Source: Oopsacas minuta
Lineage: Eukaryota > Animalia > Porifera
NCBI GenBank assembly: GCA_024704765.1
Contig: JAKMXF010000014.1
Span: 1 to 64,000 of the forward strand
DNA: 64,000 nt
Reading direction: 5' to 3'
The first letter of the stretch is position 1; each line of letters opens with the position of its first letter. Below are positions 37,301-50,007 of the stretch, piece by piece. The notes beneath the pieces are model-generated. The model saw only the letters and a program-made list of their open reading frames with translations. It had not been told where the DNA came from and did not search any database. The position numbers and the translations under genes are program-made.

Positions 37301-40300
37301 AGAAATGGAGTTCTCAGCTATAAGATTAGCCATAAGGGTCCCTCGGCTAGCACCTACACGACTATAGGAGTTACTACAATGCTAACATTCAGTGTAACTG
37401 GATTAGAGGAAGCATATACTTATGATATACAGGTTACACCTGTATCTGTTGGATTGGATGGTCCTGAATCTGTAGTCAGTGGTACTACCTTGGAGGATGG
37501 TGAGTTTATGTTCATGTTATATAGTAGACTAATAGTGCTGACAGCAAGCATCATTTCTAGTCTATGGACTGTTTTTCTAATTAATTCGATAGTATTTATT
37601 TGTATCATTACGTCATATATGTATTTCTCTATAGTTCCTCATATGTCAGCTCGTAATATAATCCTCTCAAACAGTGCATATAATATGCTAACAGTAACAT
37701 GGGATCCCCCTAGTAGTGAGAACCAGAATGGTGTTATCATCGAATACGTCATCATATTCTTTGGGGTGGGATTAGATGAACAAGAACGTATGGCTACTCT
37801 ATCAACCTCTGTACCCAATTTTGTTACTTCATACACTGCTACAAATCTAGAAGCAGATACTTCTTATACATTCTCTATCATCGCTTATACTTCAATAGGA
37901 TCTGGACCTGCTATGACAGTGACTGGATTTACTACTGATATAACTGGTTAGTCAAATCCTGTTATAATCAATTCATATATAACGAAACTGTTTATTAATA
38001 ATGAAAATGTTAAATTTCTATACTAATAGTAAACATTTATAATTACAATCTCCTATATCTAGCTCCCAGCAGTTCTCCCAATGACGTCACAGTAACAGCC
38101 ACATCTTCCACTAGTCTACATGTCACCTGGTCTGAAGTAGATCTGATAGATCGTAACGGTCCTATTTCCAGCTATACAGTATACTACACAGGTCTTAGAC
38201 TACAACCTGAGACTAAAAGTATAACTGTATTATCTACTGTTTATGAGGCTATGATTGAGTCATTGGAAGAGAATAGTGAATACTCTGTTACTGTATCTGC
38301 TTCTACATCAGCGGGAGAGGGGCCTAAGAACCAAGCAGTAACGGAAACTACATTTTCTGATAGTAAGTTCTTATACTTTTTATTGAAATAAAAGATTAAA
38401 ATATTCCAACATTTTCAGTGAAAACATCATAGAATTTTTCTGCTAAAAATTCCTTAACTTAAAATTATTTTTTGACAGATTTATATAATTATCTTCTCCA
38501 GTACCTTCTGCTTCTGTATCCAATCTAAACGCAACGGCACAGAGCGCTGGATCAATCCTAGTAGAATTTGATGAGCTAGCTTATGCTGATAGAAACGGAG
38601 ACCTAGCTGGTTACCAAATAATGTACTGGAGGAATGCAGATGATTCTAGAATACATACTAAACTGGTACAATCAGCTGCAGAGACAGGGCGTGTATCTGT
38701 GTTAATTAGAAGTCTCATGCCTTACACTTCTTACAGAATAGAAGTAGCAGCCACTACTGTTATCGGTACTGGACAAGTATCAATGATACCATCAGTATAC
38801 ACACACGAAGATAGTAAGTTTATAGAATTTATCTTACGCACTAACCCTTATCCGAGTTTTACTGTAGTTATAATTTCAATTCTCACGAGAAATTCCAATT
38901 TTCATGAGCTGTCACCTGAAGCTATTTTAACTCTCTTTTTATAATTACGGATCTTATTGCCTTTATTAATAGTATATAAATTTCAAATTTTGATAAAGAA
39001 CATTCATAATGAAAATATTCACAAAACTGATGGGAGTATCAAATATGAAATAACTACAAAACGAATTAATGAATAGCATATTCTCCCAAATTCAATTTGA
39101 CTTTACCTTTCCTTCTCTCTCTCTCTAGTTCCAATAATTGAGATTTCTTCTACAACTGGATCTGCTACAGGTCCTCACACAGCTAGCCTATTCTGGAATA
39201 AACCTAATTGTGCTAATGAGACTCAAATAGCTAATACCTTATACAATATAACCTACCGTTATACCGACCATCTGCAGATAGAACATACAGATTCCATTGT
39301 GACGTCAAATAACTTCATGCCAGTCGAAAGTCTATTACCTTATACTGAGTATACATTTGATGTTACAACATTCACTGGAGCAGGAGTAGGATCAGTTGGG
39401 CCAAGGGAAGTCATCAGGACCAATCCTAAGGGTAAGATTTATTTGAAAACTATATTAAGTGTAAATTTCACTAAGATTTTTGTAAGAAAATCCTTGAATT
39501 CTTCAAAAGAATTTTCATAGCAGTTCCCAAGATTATTGATATTATTATAGGCAACATTTCCTATATATTATATTATACTTTATTCCCTATAGCTCCATCT
39601 ATGTCAGCTAGCCAGGTTATCCTTGAGGCTATTAACTCTACATCAATCCGTGTAACATGTCATCCTCCAGCCCTCGATCATCAGAATGGCCTCCTACACT
39701 CCTATGCTATCTTCTATACAGGAAATTTGTTTGATACAAATATGCGAGAGGTTGTATTCGAATTGTCTGGCGTCACATTTCCCGAGAATAAATCTAGAGA
39801 ATTCGTAATTACTGACTTGATGGAATATGAAGAGTATTCTATTATGGTTAGAGTAAGTACTAGTGCAGGATACAGTCAGTATACTGATGCAGATATGGTC
39901 AGGACAGCTGAAGGAGGTTTGTATTATATTATACTAACTGTTTCCTCGAGTATTGGAAATTTGGAAGACAAAATATTGCAGGAATTTGAAACTTAAAGAT
40001 TTGAGAAAAACTAAAGAAAATATCTAAATCGAATTTCTGTAAAATATTTTGAATCAGAAAAATATCATTTTTGAACTTATTTCGCCCTCTGTATGAATTT
40101 ATCATATGATTAATCATCCTTCTCTCTACAGCTCCCACTGAAGCCCCCCAGGACGTAATGTCTGCAATTTCCAACTCAACTTGCATACAGATAGAATGGA
40201 GTCCTCCTCCAGTCACCTCTCAGAGAGGAGCTATAACCTCTTATACCATCAAGTACCAGGGAGTAGAACGTGATACATCTGTACAAACTGAAATGGTACC

Positions 40301-43300
40301 GGTAACTCCCAATTTCCCTGACATGAGTCATCAATCTCATTTGGTCTGTGATCTGATGGAAGATACTACCTACAAGGTTAATATTTTGTGTGAGAATTCT
40401 GCTGGAGCTAGTCGTTACAGTCTGGGTGTTAATTTTAAGACAGAAGAAGCAGGTAATAATTGTATAAACACATTCTAACTTTATCATGGACATATAGGGC
40501 ATCTTTGTATGATGAATAGTTCGAATAATAGCCAATTCGGAAATCCATGCGGAATACTATTTGCTAATAGGCAAACTCAATAATACTTCTAAATAATGCA
40601 TACAATTAAAATATTTACACTCCCAAAGTTGTATAATGGTTTTTCCCGATTTCCTGCAACAAACTTCAAAAATATACTCAGTAGTATTATAATATATTTC
40701 TTTTAATAGCTCCAACTGAAGCTCCCTCTAACCTCGCAGTAACATCACACACCCCTCAAATATCTACACTCACATGGACAGCTCCAGCTTCTGAACATCA
40801 GAACGGAATAATCACCTATTACAATATTCTACTATCAGAAGGAGGAAACTCTCCTTCCCTTATCATGGCTCCTTCTCTAAGCTTCGATCTTAAACCTCTC
40901 AAGGCTCATACTAGTTATACTGTTACTGTAGCAGCTGTGACGTCAGCAGGAAGTGGTCCTTTTGCTTCCTTCACCTTCATGACTCCACAAGATGGTGAGT
41001 TTCAAAACTTTCATTAATTAGTACGCAAGGTTTGATAATATCGATATCGATTAAATTCTGCGATATAAAATACCTGATAAGTTTCGATATTTTTTGGGAA
41101 TTATTGTCAAAAATTTTCCAAACCTTTTAATACGTTTAATAATCCTCTATACTTTATTTATTATTCTATTTCTTACAGTTCCTACTCATGGTGTATCTTC
41201 TCTAATGCTAACATCACGTACCGCTACCACACTATCCTTGAGCTGGATGGCTCCTCTCCTCTCTCAGAGAAGAGGTGTCCTACTACACTACAAATTGAGT
41301 TATTACGGATTCCAGATTGACACCAGCTTACACACAATAATAGTAGAATTAGGTGATGTAGATGCTGTAACACAATACACTATTGAAGGATTGGAAGAGG
41401 CTACTAACTACACTGTAGAGGTTATGGTTGTTGGACAGATAGGCGATGGACCAGTTGCAAGACTTACCCACCTATGTACACTACCAATAGGTAATATATT
41501 AATTTTATTCGTATGTAATTACGAAATTAGAAGCTGAAATATGAAAATACTTACAAACTATAAATTTCTGTATATAATACATTTTCTTGTTTATAGCCCC
41601 AACTGGTGCAGTCATTGACCTTGAGCTTGTATCTGTGACGTCACGTTACTCCATAATCAGCTGGATGCCTCCACTCCCCTCCGAGCATAACGGTCCCCTT
41701 GGAGACTACAAAATAACCGTGACCAGCAGCTCCGGGAATGTGATGTACACATCAACGCAGACCTCATATCGTATTGAAGATTTAATGGAACATACTATGT
41801 ATACTGTATCTGTTGTTAGTAGTAATATGGAAGGAGATGGACCTGAAGCTACCCTATCATTCACTACCCTTAAAAATGGTTAGTTCTTATGCATAACAAG
41901 CTTTATTTGACACAATACAGAATATGTAAACAGATAAACAAATATTTAAACTAACAAGTAACAACAACAAACAAATAATCAAATACAGAAACGAATAAGT
42001 AACTTTGCGACAAATTAACAAAACAAACAAATCAACAAACAAAAATTACTTTATTGAATACAACAATTAATCAAACTTAGCAAAGATTAATCACCAAATT
42101 TCAATATTCCCAATACATTTATAATTCCCAATCATTTAGTACCATCTGGTGCTCCTACAAACTTTACTGTATCAAACATCGATACAAACAGTCTACTAGC
42201 TCACTGGAGTCCCCCTGCCCCTGAGGATCGTAACGGAGATCTGACAGAATACCTATTGCTCTATATGGGAGAGATGATGGATACTTCAATGCGTAGTGTA
42301 CGAATAATGGTAGCAGATGGTGAAGAAGAATTGGATCAGAGTTATCTACTAGAAGGATTAGAAGAATACACTAGTTATACTCTAGTGCTGTCAGTATTGA
42401 ATGATAAGGGAGAGAGTCCTGTCGTGAGACTACAGAATGTTCAAACTCTCCCTATTGGTAAGAATATAACTTTAATAATGATAAAATATTTAGGATATAA
42501 GTTTCCGATTTGTTATTTTTCCGAAACTTCCAAAACAACTACAAAATCAAACATATTTGGCTATAATTAATTATATTAAGCCATCAATAGCAATTTATGA
42601 CGTCATACTACATTTCTATAGCTCCATCCAGTGCTGTATCAGGACTCAAAATCGACACACTCAGCTCTACAGATGCTCTTATCTCATGGACATCTCCTGA
42701 AGTTAGTACCATTAACGGAGCTGGTTTCCACTATAAAATCTACCTATCAGCTGGTACATTGGATAGAACTAGAAGAGATAGCGAAGGGACTGTGATGACT
42801 ACAGAAGGACATCATGTTATGCTAAAAGATCTCTCTCCTGCTACCTCTTACTCTCTGTCTGTAGAACCTAGTAATGATCAAGGAAATGGACCTTCTAGCA
42901 TGCTGGATATTAATACTATGGAAGATGGTGAGTATTGTTATATGATCTTTATACTGATTGATAATTACCTTAACATTATTATTTACATCTCTCCTCCTAT
43001 TCAGTTCCATCTGCACCAGTACAAAACGTTACACTAACCAGTATCACTGCTACCAGTTTGTCTGTTAGCTGGACAGCTCCCCCCGTAGCGGACCAGAACG
43101 GAGCTATCCTTCTCTACACAGTACAGGTATCAGCTGTAAACTCAGCTTACATACAGTCAGTGACATCACAGGAATTGATCGCAGAAATAACAGGATTACA
43201 TGCTGATACTCTCTATACTGTTGTGGTTACTCCAGAGACTAGTATGGGTTCCGGTGTGGATAGTACTCCTATTGAGTTTATTACAATGGAATCTGGTAAG

Positions 43301-44486
43301 TCTTTTTGGTGATTAATCATATTTCCACACAATTCTATGTAAAATTCAAAAAAGCCTGCTAGGCATATTTAGCAGATAAATATAACAAAATTTGATAATA
43401 TTTATATATGATTATTCCTCCAGTGCCTGCTGCTTCCGTAAATGACTTCAGTATAATACAACTCAACTCAACAGCTGTTCTAATAACCTGGACACCACTA
43501 GCATCTAACATGATGAATGGTGACATCACTCATTATTTTCTCTCTTACACATCTCATAAATTAGAGTCGACATTCACTCTGACAACAGAACAATTCTTCA
43601 TATACATCTATACTCTGAATGCTACTGATGGTTATACATTTAGCTTGACTGCTTATAACAGTATGGGAGCAGGTCCTGAGGTTATTGAGACTATCTCTTA
43701 TACTCCTAGTAAGTTAAATATTATTCTATTAAAATATTGATAGTGATAGTGAAATTAGAAAGTTTCTTAAACAGTCCATCTCTTAATTGTAAGAAAATAC
43801 AGCTGAACTTGGATAAGTTCTACACTGGCTTAATACATACTACTTTCATCCTAACGAATATTTCCATGACCGTACACTAGGATAGAATTCTGAAATATTT
43901 TGGAAATACTTTTAGCTATGAAAATGAATGAAAATTATACTTTTGAGACAAAACTATTATGAGAAATTATCAGAATTAGACTAATAATAGTGTTTAACAG
44001 TATCTCCTTTATTCTATAGCTCCTGAACCAGCCTTCCAGTTCACAGATAAAGAGATGAGCTATACATTCAGTGGTGTACTTATCCTCGTTGTTTTACTGA
44101 TGCTGATACTCATATTTAGCTGTGCTGTTGTTATTTGCTTCAAGAAACGTAGCAGCAAGAATATTAAAAGAGCTAATGTTAATCTAGAATTGGAATCTTG
44201 TACCAACCCCAGGAGCAGGGGGAATAGTGTTTACTCGGTAATGCAGTCTGTGAGTGTGAAAGAGAAACAAGTACCAACTTATGATAATTTTCGTAAAGAA
44301 TCTCAAGTCTTAGACACTAAAAGACAATCTCTATTAAAGTCACCAGAGCTTATTGAAGGAGCTCCCCCTACCCCTAAGAATAACGATACTATCTATGTAC
44401 TCCAAGAACAGATGGCAATCTCTGACAAAGAGGCTGAGACCTACGGGAATCCAATTGTTCTTGAGGAACCTGATAATTCCCCATAG
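34376..44486 (+). CDS. Type I membrane receptor: signal peptide + C-type lectin domain + 16 FN3 + TM + non-catalytic Tyr-motif tail (about 1931 aa, 19 exons)
   Basis: Exons, all joined by phase-1 GT-AG introns: 34376-34427 (MAFHIFAIISLLLLLTK), 35278-35709 (CTLD: CETWGGHLVSIH, WIGMTD, DC, WDD..C). FN3 exons: 36136-36441, 36672-36971, 37212-37499, 37635-37946, 38063-38362, 38502-38813, 39129-39431, 39593-39916, 40132-40452, 40710-40994, 41179-41490, 41597-41878, 42140-42457, 42622-42927, 43005-43295, 43424-43708. TM/tail exon 44020-44486. Every internal exon length is a multiple of 3. Confidence 0.88.
37001..37133. repeat. Intronic minisatellite, about 5.3 x 25 bp
   Basis: Unit aataacaataagaagtatagggata repeated head to tail with no spacers. 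Confidence 0.92.
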
Positions 44487-46786
44487 AAGCTAACATAAAC
44501 TAATCTGCTTATTGCAGCGTGTGCTTTGTAATATATTTTCATTTTGTAATAATTTCCTATTTTTGCATTAAATTTTTGTGTGGTTGTGTTTTATTATTAA
44601 ATTTTGACTATAAAATCTTCCAAATTCCGTAAACCGAATAATCCCTAACAAAGTTGGGTGCAAATACAAATACTACAAAGACAAGACGATATAATACGAG
44701 CGCCAAATTAAACCAAATTATCACATAAATATGAAAATTACAGTTAACATCCAATAACTCGAACCTCCAAGATTAATATCTGTTCGAAAATCGAATGTTA
44801 GAGTAAAAGATGCTATAAGTACTAAAAATACAACGAAAGGAAGTGAATATATTCGTTCGAGTTACCGGATGTTGACTATTATTAAAATGATTTCTATCAT
44901 GTAATTACATAGAATAGCTATCACAATACAATTAGAAAAACCGATTTATCATATTTCAATTGTAACTAATCCTTGTTGCATATCTAATTAATGAAATAAA
45001 TAGCGAGCTATGAAATCTATTCACTGGTAATATATGAGCCAAACTAACTTGACTGAGATGGGAACAAGCCTGATTTACCGTAATTCTATACGATAGCGTG
45101 TACATAGCAGACGTATGTCATAACAAGCTGTGACCGGCCACTGCATTAGGGGGGGGGCTTTCATAGACAAAATAGGGTATATATGTATATAATAGTTGAC
45201 TCTAATTTATACTCATAGCTGTAGAAGATGATCGGTTGATTTCTACCTAACCAATAGTCATAGTGTTAATACTGTTGATTCGGGCCAAGCTACATCCTCG
45301 TATTATACCTTTGGACATCATAACAGTCCACAGTTAGGAGAGTTTCATTCCGATGTATCTATATATGCTATGTGTCACGATCTACGCTTGGCTAAATATT
45401 TCCTATAATATCAATAGTTCTTGGAATTGATTTAAATTGGAGAATAAAATGGTAGAAAAGAGAATGCAATTACGATTATCTGAACAGGAGAAAACATATT
45501 TAACTAATTTTCTCGAAAGTTGTGGTGAGGTTATGCACATTTTGTCAATTTCAAAAAAATTCTCATTTTGGTTAATTCTCAAGCAGTGAATGACCCCCCC
45601 GTCAAACGTTAATAACTCTTTTTGGGGCTAGGACCCATGCTTCATTCTAGTCCCGAAATTAGAACTACACACAAGATTAATATTTATAACAATTTATAGC
45701 TCTTAAGCAATACTCCTTCTTCAAAAGTAATTATGTGATATGTCATAAACTTTAATGTTACGTCTATGGGAAGACATTTCCCCCTTTCTTGTCCTATTCG
45801 TAATACACACTAGATACATCGGGTTTTATTATTGTTAGGTCTTAGTTTGGTTAGTCCAACGAGGAGGGAAACATTAAACTTGTATAAAGTCATATACTTT
45901 AGAAAATCACCCATACCATAATACAAATTTCGCGGCAGGACGCTGATGTGCTTTACATCAGCATAGAAAGTACAAGATAAAGATATGAAAAGGGCGGGCA
46001 TTACAGTAATTTCTCAAAATATAGTTTCAATTAAATGATCATTTGATAGGGACACTATTCCGGGATATTTGAGGTTTGGTAACTAGATAACAGCAGAGCA
46101 TTAAAGGAGCCTGCTCCAAAGAGCGGTGCAGAAATTCTACCATTTTCACCATTCAGCCAGACCCTTCTTCCACTATTACACCCTCATATAACTAGGTCCG
46201 AATGTGCTTAGTCAAATAATATAGTTAAAACTTTCTCAATGGTTTCAAGTTTCTCTCTGACACGGATTAATCCTATTATGCACAAGAATTGGGAAGAACA
46301 TTCAAAAAGGGCAGATTTCCAAGAATATATATATATCAACACCATCAACTTGCAGTTCTATTACTAAGCGCATTTTAATTGGGTATTCTACTTATTCTAA
46401 AATTTATGTCAGATCAAATACAAGATATATGTATATACTGAAGAATACCCACGAATACATGTAATACCATTTATGGGATGATAGTATGCCATAATCAATC
46501 AATATGCACATTTAGCAAATGTGGTGATAAAGTAATATCATTTTTCTATGAATCAAGAATCTTTGATCCGTACGTATACGCATGTAGTTACATTAGATGC
46601 CGCATATATTTATTCGGTATATGCTAATGTATACTATTCGTTGTACATGTTTATTCAGCAATCCTGTTTCTTCTATCACTCATTCTTCTAATATCAATGA
46701 TCGACATATGTATGGTGAAAATATAGACGCGCGAATATAAAGTATTGTGTTTGTTATCATAATTTGCATCATAAAATGATTAGGAA

Positions 46787-47557
46787 ATGTCTTCACTAAA
46801 AAGTTTCCCAATTGAAGATTCAAAGAAGAAAATACGTGACGAGTTGGATAAGTTAAAAGCTAAAGGATTGACAGAGCCGATCAGGTCACATCTTCATGAT
46901 GTTGACTGTACTTGGAGATACGGTAGCAAGCCTGATTACACAATAGCTGATTATGAGTTTATCACAGGAAAAACTCAAAATCACTCTGAAGGATCACTCG
47001 AGAAGATAGTTGAGGATCTGGTGAAGACATGGGAGATGGAATCATCACATAAATCTGAAGTTAATGAATGGAAAACAATTGAGCAGGAAGATGGAGTTTA
47101 TCACCTTTCCGCTAATAATTGGAAAAGTTATGACAAGAAAGAAGCAATAATAGCTGGAAACTATAACGTGCTAATGCATGGCTGTCCGAAGTCTATTTGG
47201 GATACAGAAAGCTACTCCTTTGAAGACTCACATCACCTCATTAGAAACTCATTCAAGGCATTTCCATGGGAAGTTCTAAAGGTGCTATCACCACCACCGA
47301 CTGTAACATTCACTTGGAGACACTGGGGGAAGTTCACAGGCAATTACAAAGGAAATGAAGGGAAAGGAGAATTATTGGAAATGTTTGGCTTTGCAATAGC
47401 TAGAGTCAGTCCTGATTTGAAAATTGAAGACATCAAGATATTTTATGACCCAGATTCGTTTATACAAGCTCTTGAGGGTAAAACTGATGCAAAGGAATTG
47501 AGCTGTGCTAAGAAACTAATTGGAGATGTTTCATGTCCATTTATATCCAAATCATAG
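46787..47557 (+). CDS. Pathogen-related protein family member (plant PRP-like, NTF2/SnoaL-like fold), intronless
   Basis: WRYG..PDY, SLEKIVEDLVKTWEMESSHK, GNYNVL, SFEDSHHL, FPWEVLKV..PPPTVTFTWRHWG, FYDP are motifs typical of this family. Confidence 0.8.
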   Translation: MSSLKSFPIEDSKKKIRDELDKLKAKGLTEPIRSHLHDVDCTWRYGSKPDYTIADYEFITGKTQNHSEGSLEKIVEDLVKTWEMESSHKSEVNEWKTIEQEDGVYHLSANNWKSYDKKEAIIAGNYNVLMHGCPKSIWDTESYSFEDSHHLIRNSFKAFPWEVLKVLSPPPTVTFTWRHWGKFTGNYKGNEGKGELLEMFGFAIARVSPDLKIEDIKIFYDPDSFIQALEGKTDAKELSCAKKLIGDVSCPFISKS

Positions 47558-47590
47558 ACACAACTTGAAAGTTTTGGGAACTTAAAACTT

Positions 47591-48065
47591 TACGAGCCTT
47601 GGCTCGTCGCTCGCGATAAACTTGGCGCATTGCGCACTTTTGGATTAAAAATTTGTAATTTTATTGTTGTTTTTAGGATATGCATACAGGCTTGCTCTAA
47701 ACGGCTACCCAGGGGTAACAAAGTACGCTGAATCCGGATTTCACATTATCAAGTTTCTCATATGTAAATTTATTGTTATTTTTATGAATATAAAGTAAAC
47801 AAGTTTCAAAATTGTGGTAGAAAATGCTTTCAAAGACTATCCTTGGTTAATCGGATATGCTGAGTCTAAATATGATATTGTAAACAAAATTTTGAGAATA
47901 TTTGTTTACTTTTAGGTACATAATGTAAACAAATTAAAGACTATGGCAGTATCATCTTTGCTACGGTTAAGATTATGAGTTTATGTACTCGAGGGCTGTA
48001 GGCCCGAGTGTGGACACGAAATGTTGGCAACCGCGTAGTGGGAGCAAGCGAAGTGCGCTCGTTAG
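47591..48065. repeat. Dispersed repeat related to 16808-17180 (possibly Helitron-like)
   Basis: Shares direct and inverted segments with the intronic copies. Its end (reverse strand) carries cttcgcttgct, also seen near 17924 and 35738. Confidence 0.45.
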
Positions 48066-48623
48066 TTGTATCTTGTAATTATTATTATTCAGCCGTGTTC
48101 TCTTATTAGCAATTTGTATAATAGCCAAATCCGCCTATTAGCATCATTTCTGAGGACATTAAGTGCATCTTTGTATTCGCATAATAGCAAATTCTCATAT
48201 ACAGTATTATCAAGGAAAATTCATGCACGATTTGCCAAGAGGCGAAAACCATGGCATGCGCTTTAGTCGCCGCTTCGCAGGGGTCAGCGTAGGGACGCCG
48301 AAAAATGTATTTACACTGAATGGGGAGCTGTCAACTTCCCATAACTGGAAATATTTCCTTCCAGGTAGTTTGTTCCTAAGTAAGCAGGATGGAATGCATT
48401 TGTTAATTTCCAACCAGTTTAAAAATTATAAATTAGATATCTTATGGAGAATTATTTATAATAAAAATCAGAAATTTTAATACTACTAATGCGAAAAAAT
48501 GTAAATTTTAACAGAATCAGAATTATGCCGCCTCTTAGAAGTCGCGGCTGAATTTTAAACGAGAATACAAATGTTGAATTTACGAAATATAGCAAGTACT
48601 AAAATGCCAGTTAACAAAAACAG

Positions 48624-49277
48624 CTAAGAAAGTATACAACCATTCAGATCAGTCCGAGTGTTTATAGCAAATATTACTACGTCAGCTATCCACCAGGAAC
48701 TAACAATAGAGAAAACAAAAAGTGATATACATAATACAACAATAATAGCCATAACCCATGAAAGCTTTTTGCCCTCACTATCTGAGTTACTTTTCAGAGA
48801 ACTCTCCAAACCACAATGTAATATTTCTCCTATTAGAGGGAAAATCAGTAAAACCATGAACAGGAATAATTGCCCTATTCCCAGGTCAATTCTCCCTATG
48901 TAGAAGTTAGCAGCACCTAGAACACCTATAAATATCTGTAACAGCAGTGCAGTCAGCCGATTACGTGCTGTACTCTCACAGTGACCAAGACTGAATGAGT
49001 ATTGATAGCATTGTGTATTGAGTACACACGAATCTGTGGAATTGCTTGTGTTGCTATTGAATATGAAGCAGGTGGCGTCCTCACAGGTACAACGATTGGC
49101 TAAACATTTAACTGATTGATTGCTAGCATTAAAGTTAAGTAAAGTGCTAGTACAGTTCTGATCAGTATCACAGTCAGCTGATTGAGAATACACTATAAAT
49201 AGTGTTAGCAACAAAAAGAATGATATATGAATAATATGCATAGCTAATTTTAGAATATAAATATTACTGTATTGCAT
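48624..49277 (-). CDS. TM2-domain membrane protein with signal peptide and Cys-rich, N-glycosylated ectodomain
   Basis: Hydrophobic leader HISFFLLLTLFIVYSQS; 9 Cys in the ectodomain; TM2 signature RNRLTALLLQIFIGVLGAANFYIGRIDLGIGQL; final TM ending WWIADVVIF. Confidence 0.78.
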   Translation of the reverse strand: MQYSNIYILKLAMHIIHISFFLLLTLFIVYSQSADCDTDQNCTSTLLNFNASNQSVKCLANRCTCEDATCFIFNSNTSNSTDSCVLNTQCYQYSFSLGHCESTARNRLTALLLQIFIGVLGAANFYIGRIDLGIGQLFLFMVLLIFPLIGEILHCGLESSLKSNSDSEGKKLSWVMAIIVVLCISLFVFSIVSSWWIADVVIFAINTRTDLNGCILS

Positions 49278-50007
49278 TTACAGACGACAATCGTTAATTC
49301 GAACTCCTACGGCAAAAATTGATTCGAATTATTGAATATTGTATTCTAGTGAACATCTAGTATAATCTGGCAATTATAGATTATACTATATCTTCATTAG
49401 AAAAGTTGTTGAATTACTTGAAATATATTTTTCTATATATTTTGTGATATTTTCATATTTCCAGTGACAATCAAGTATCAGTCCTTAAAATTACTCTACC
49501 TGGGCTGAAACATCAATGAAATATCTAATGCGTTTACATTTTGTAGAAGTTAGAATTATCGAACGGAACTTATTTTAATACCATTCAAGGTAAATTCAAG
49601 TCTGTTCGAATCAACGGACGGATTTTGTATTGAATTTATGCGAGAGTTTCAAGGGAAAAATATTTCGAATTAATGGTAGTCGGCTGTAGTTTGTTTTTAC
49701 TGTGCCGACTATATTTGTATTAAAGATTTGTTTCATTTGCCATTATAAGATGAAAATTTTTACCTTAAAACGCAGTGGATATTTTTTAACCATTGTGTCA
49801 AATGATTAATTAAACGTGTAGAATAATCACCAGGTGGCCTCTCCCTTTTATATTCGATTGCGGATACCAAGTGCTATATTTAATTAGCTAAATGAAACAA
49901 TAGTTAAACACACCATTGAATGGAATAACCCAATCGATAAAGTATTACACTTTATTGAAAGGAATGGAATAAATACAAAAAAAGGATAAATTAGAATAAG
50001 TAGAACA

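Noticed and set aside
34376-46000. FN3 receptor as a receptor tyrosine phosphatase or kinase (PTPRQ/LAR/ROS-like)
   Set aside because: The TM exon runs to a stop at 44484-44486, and no PTP (HCSAG) or kinase motifs were seen downstream in the window.
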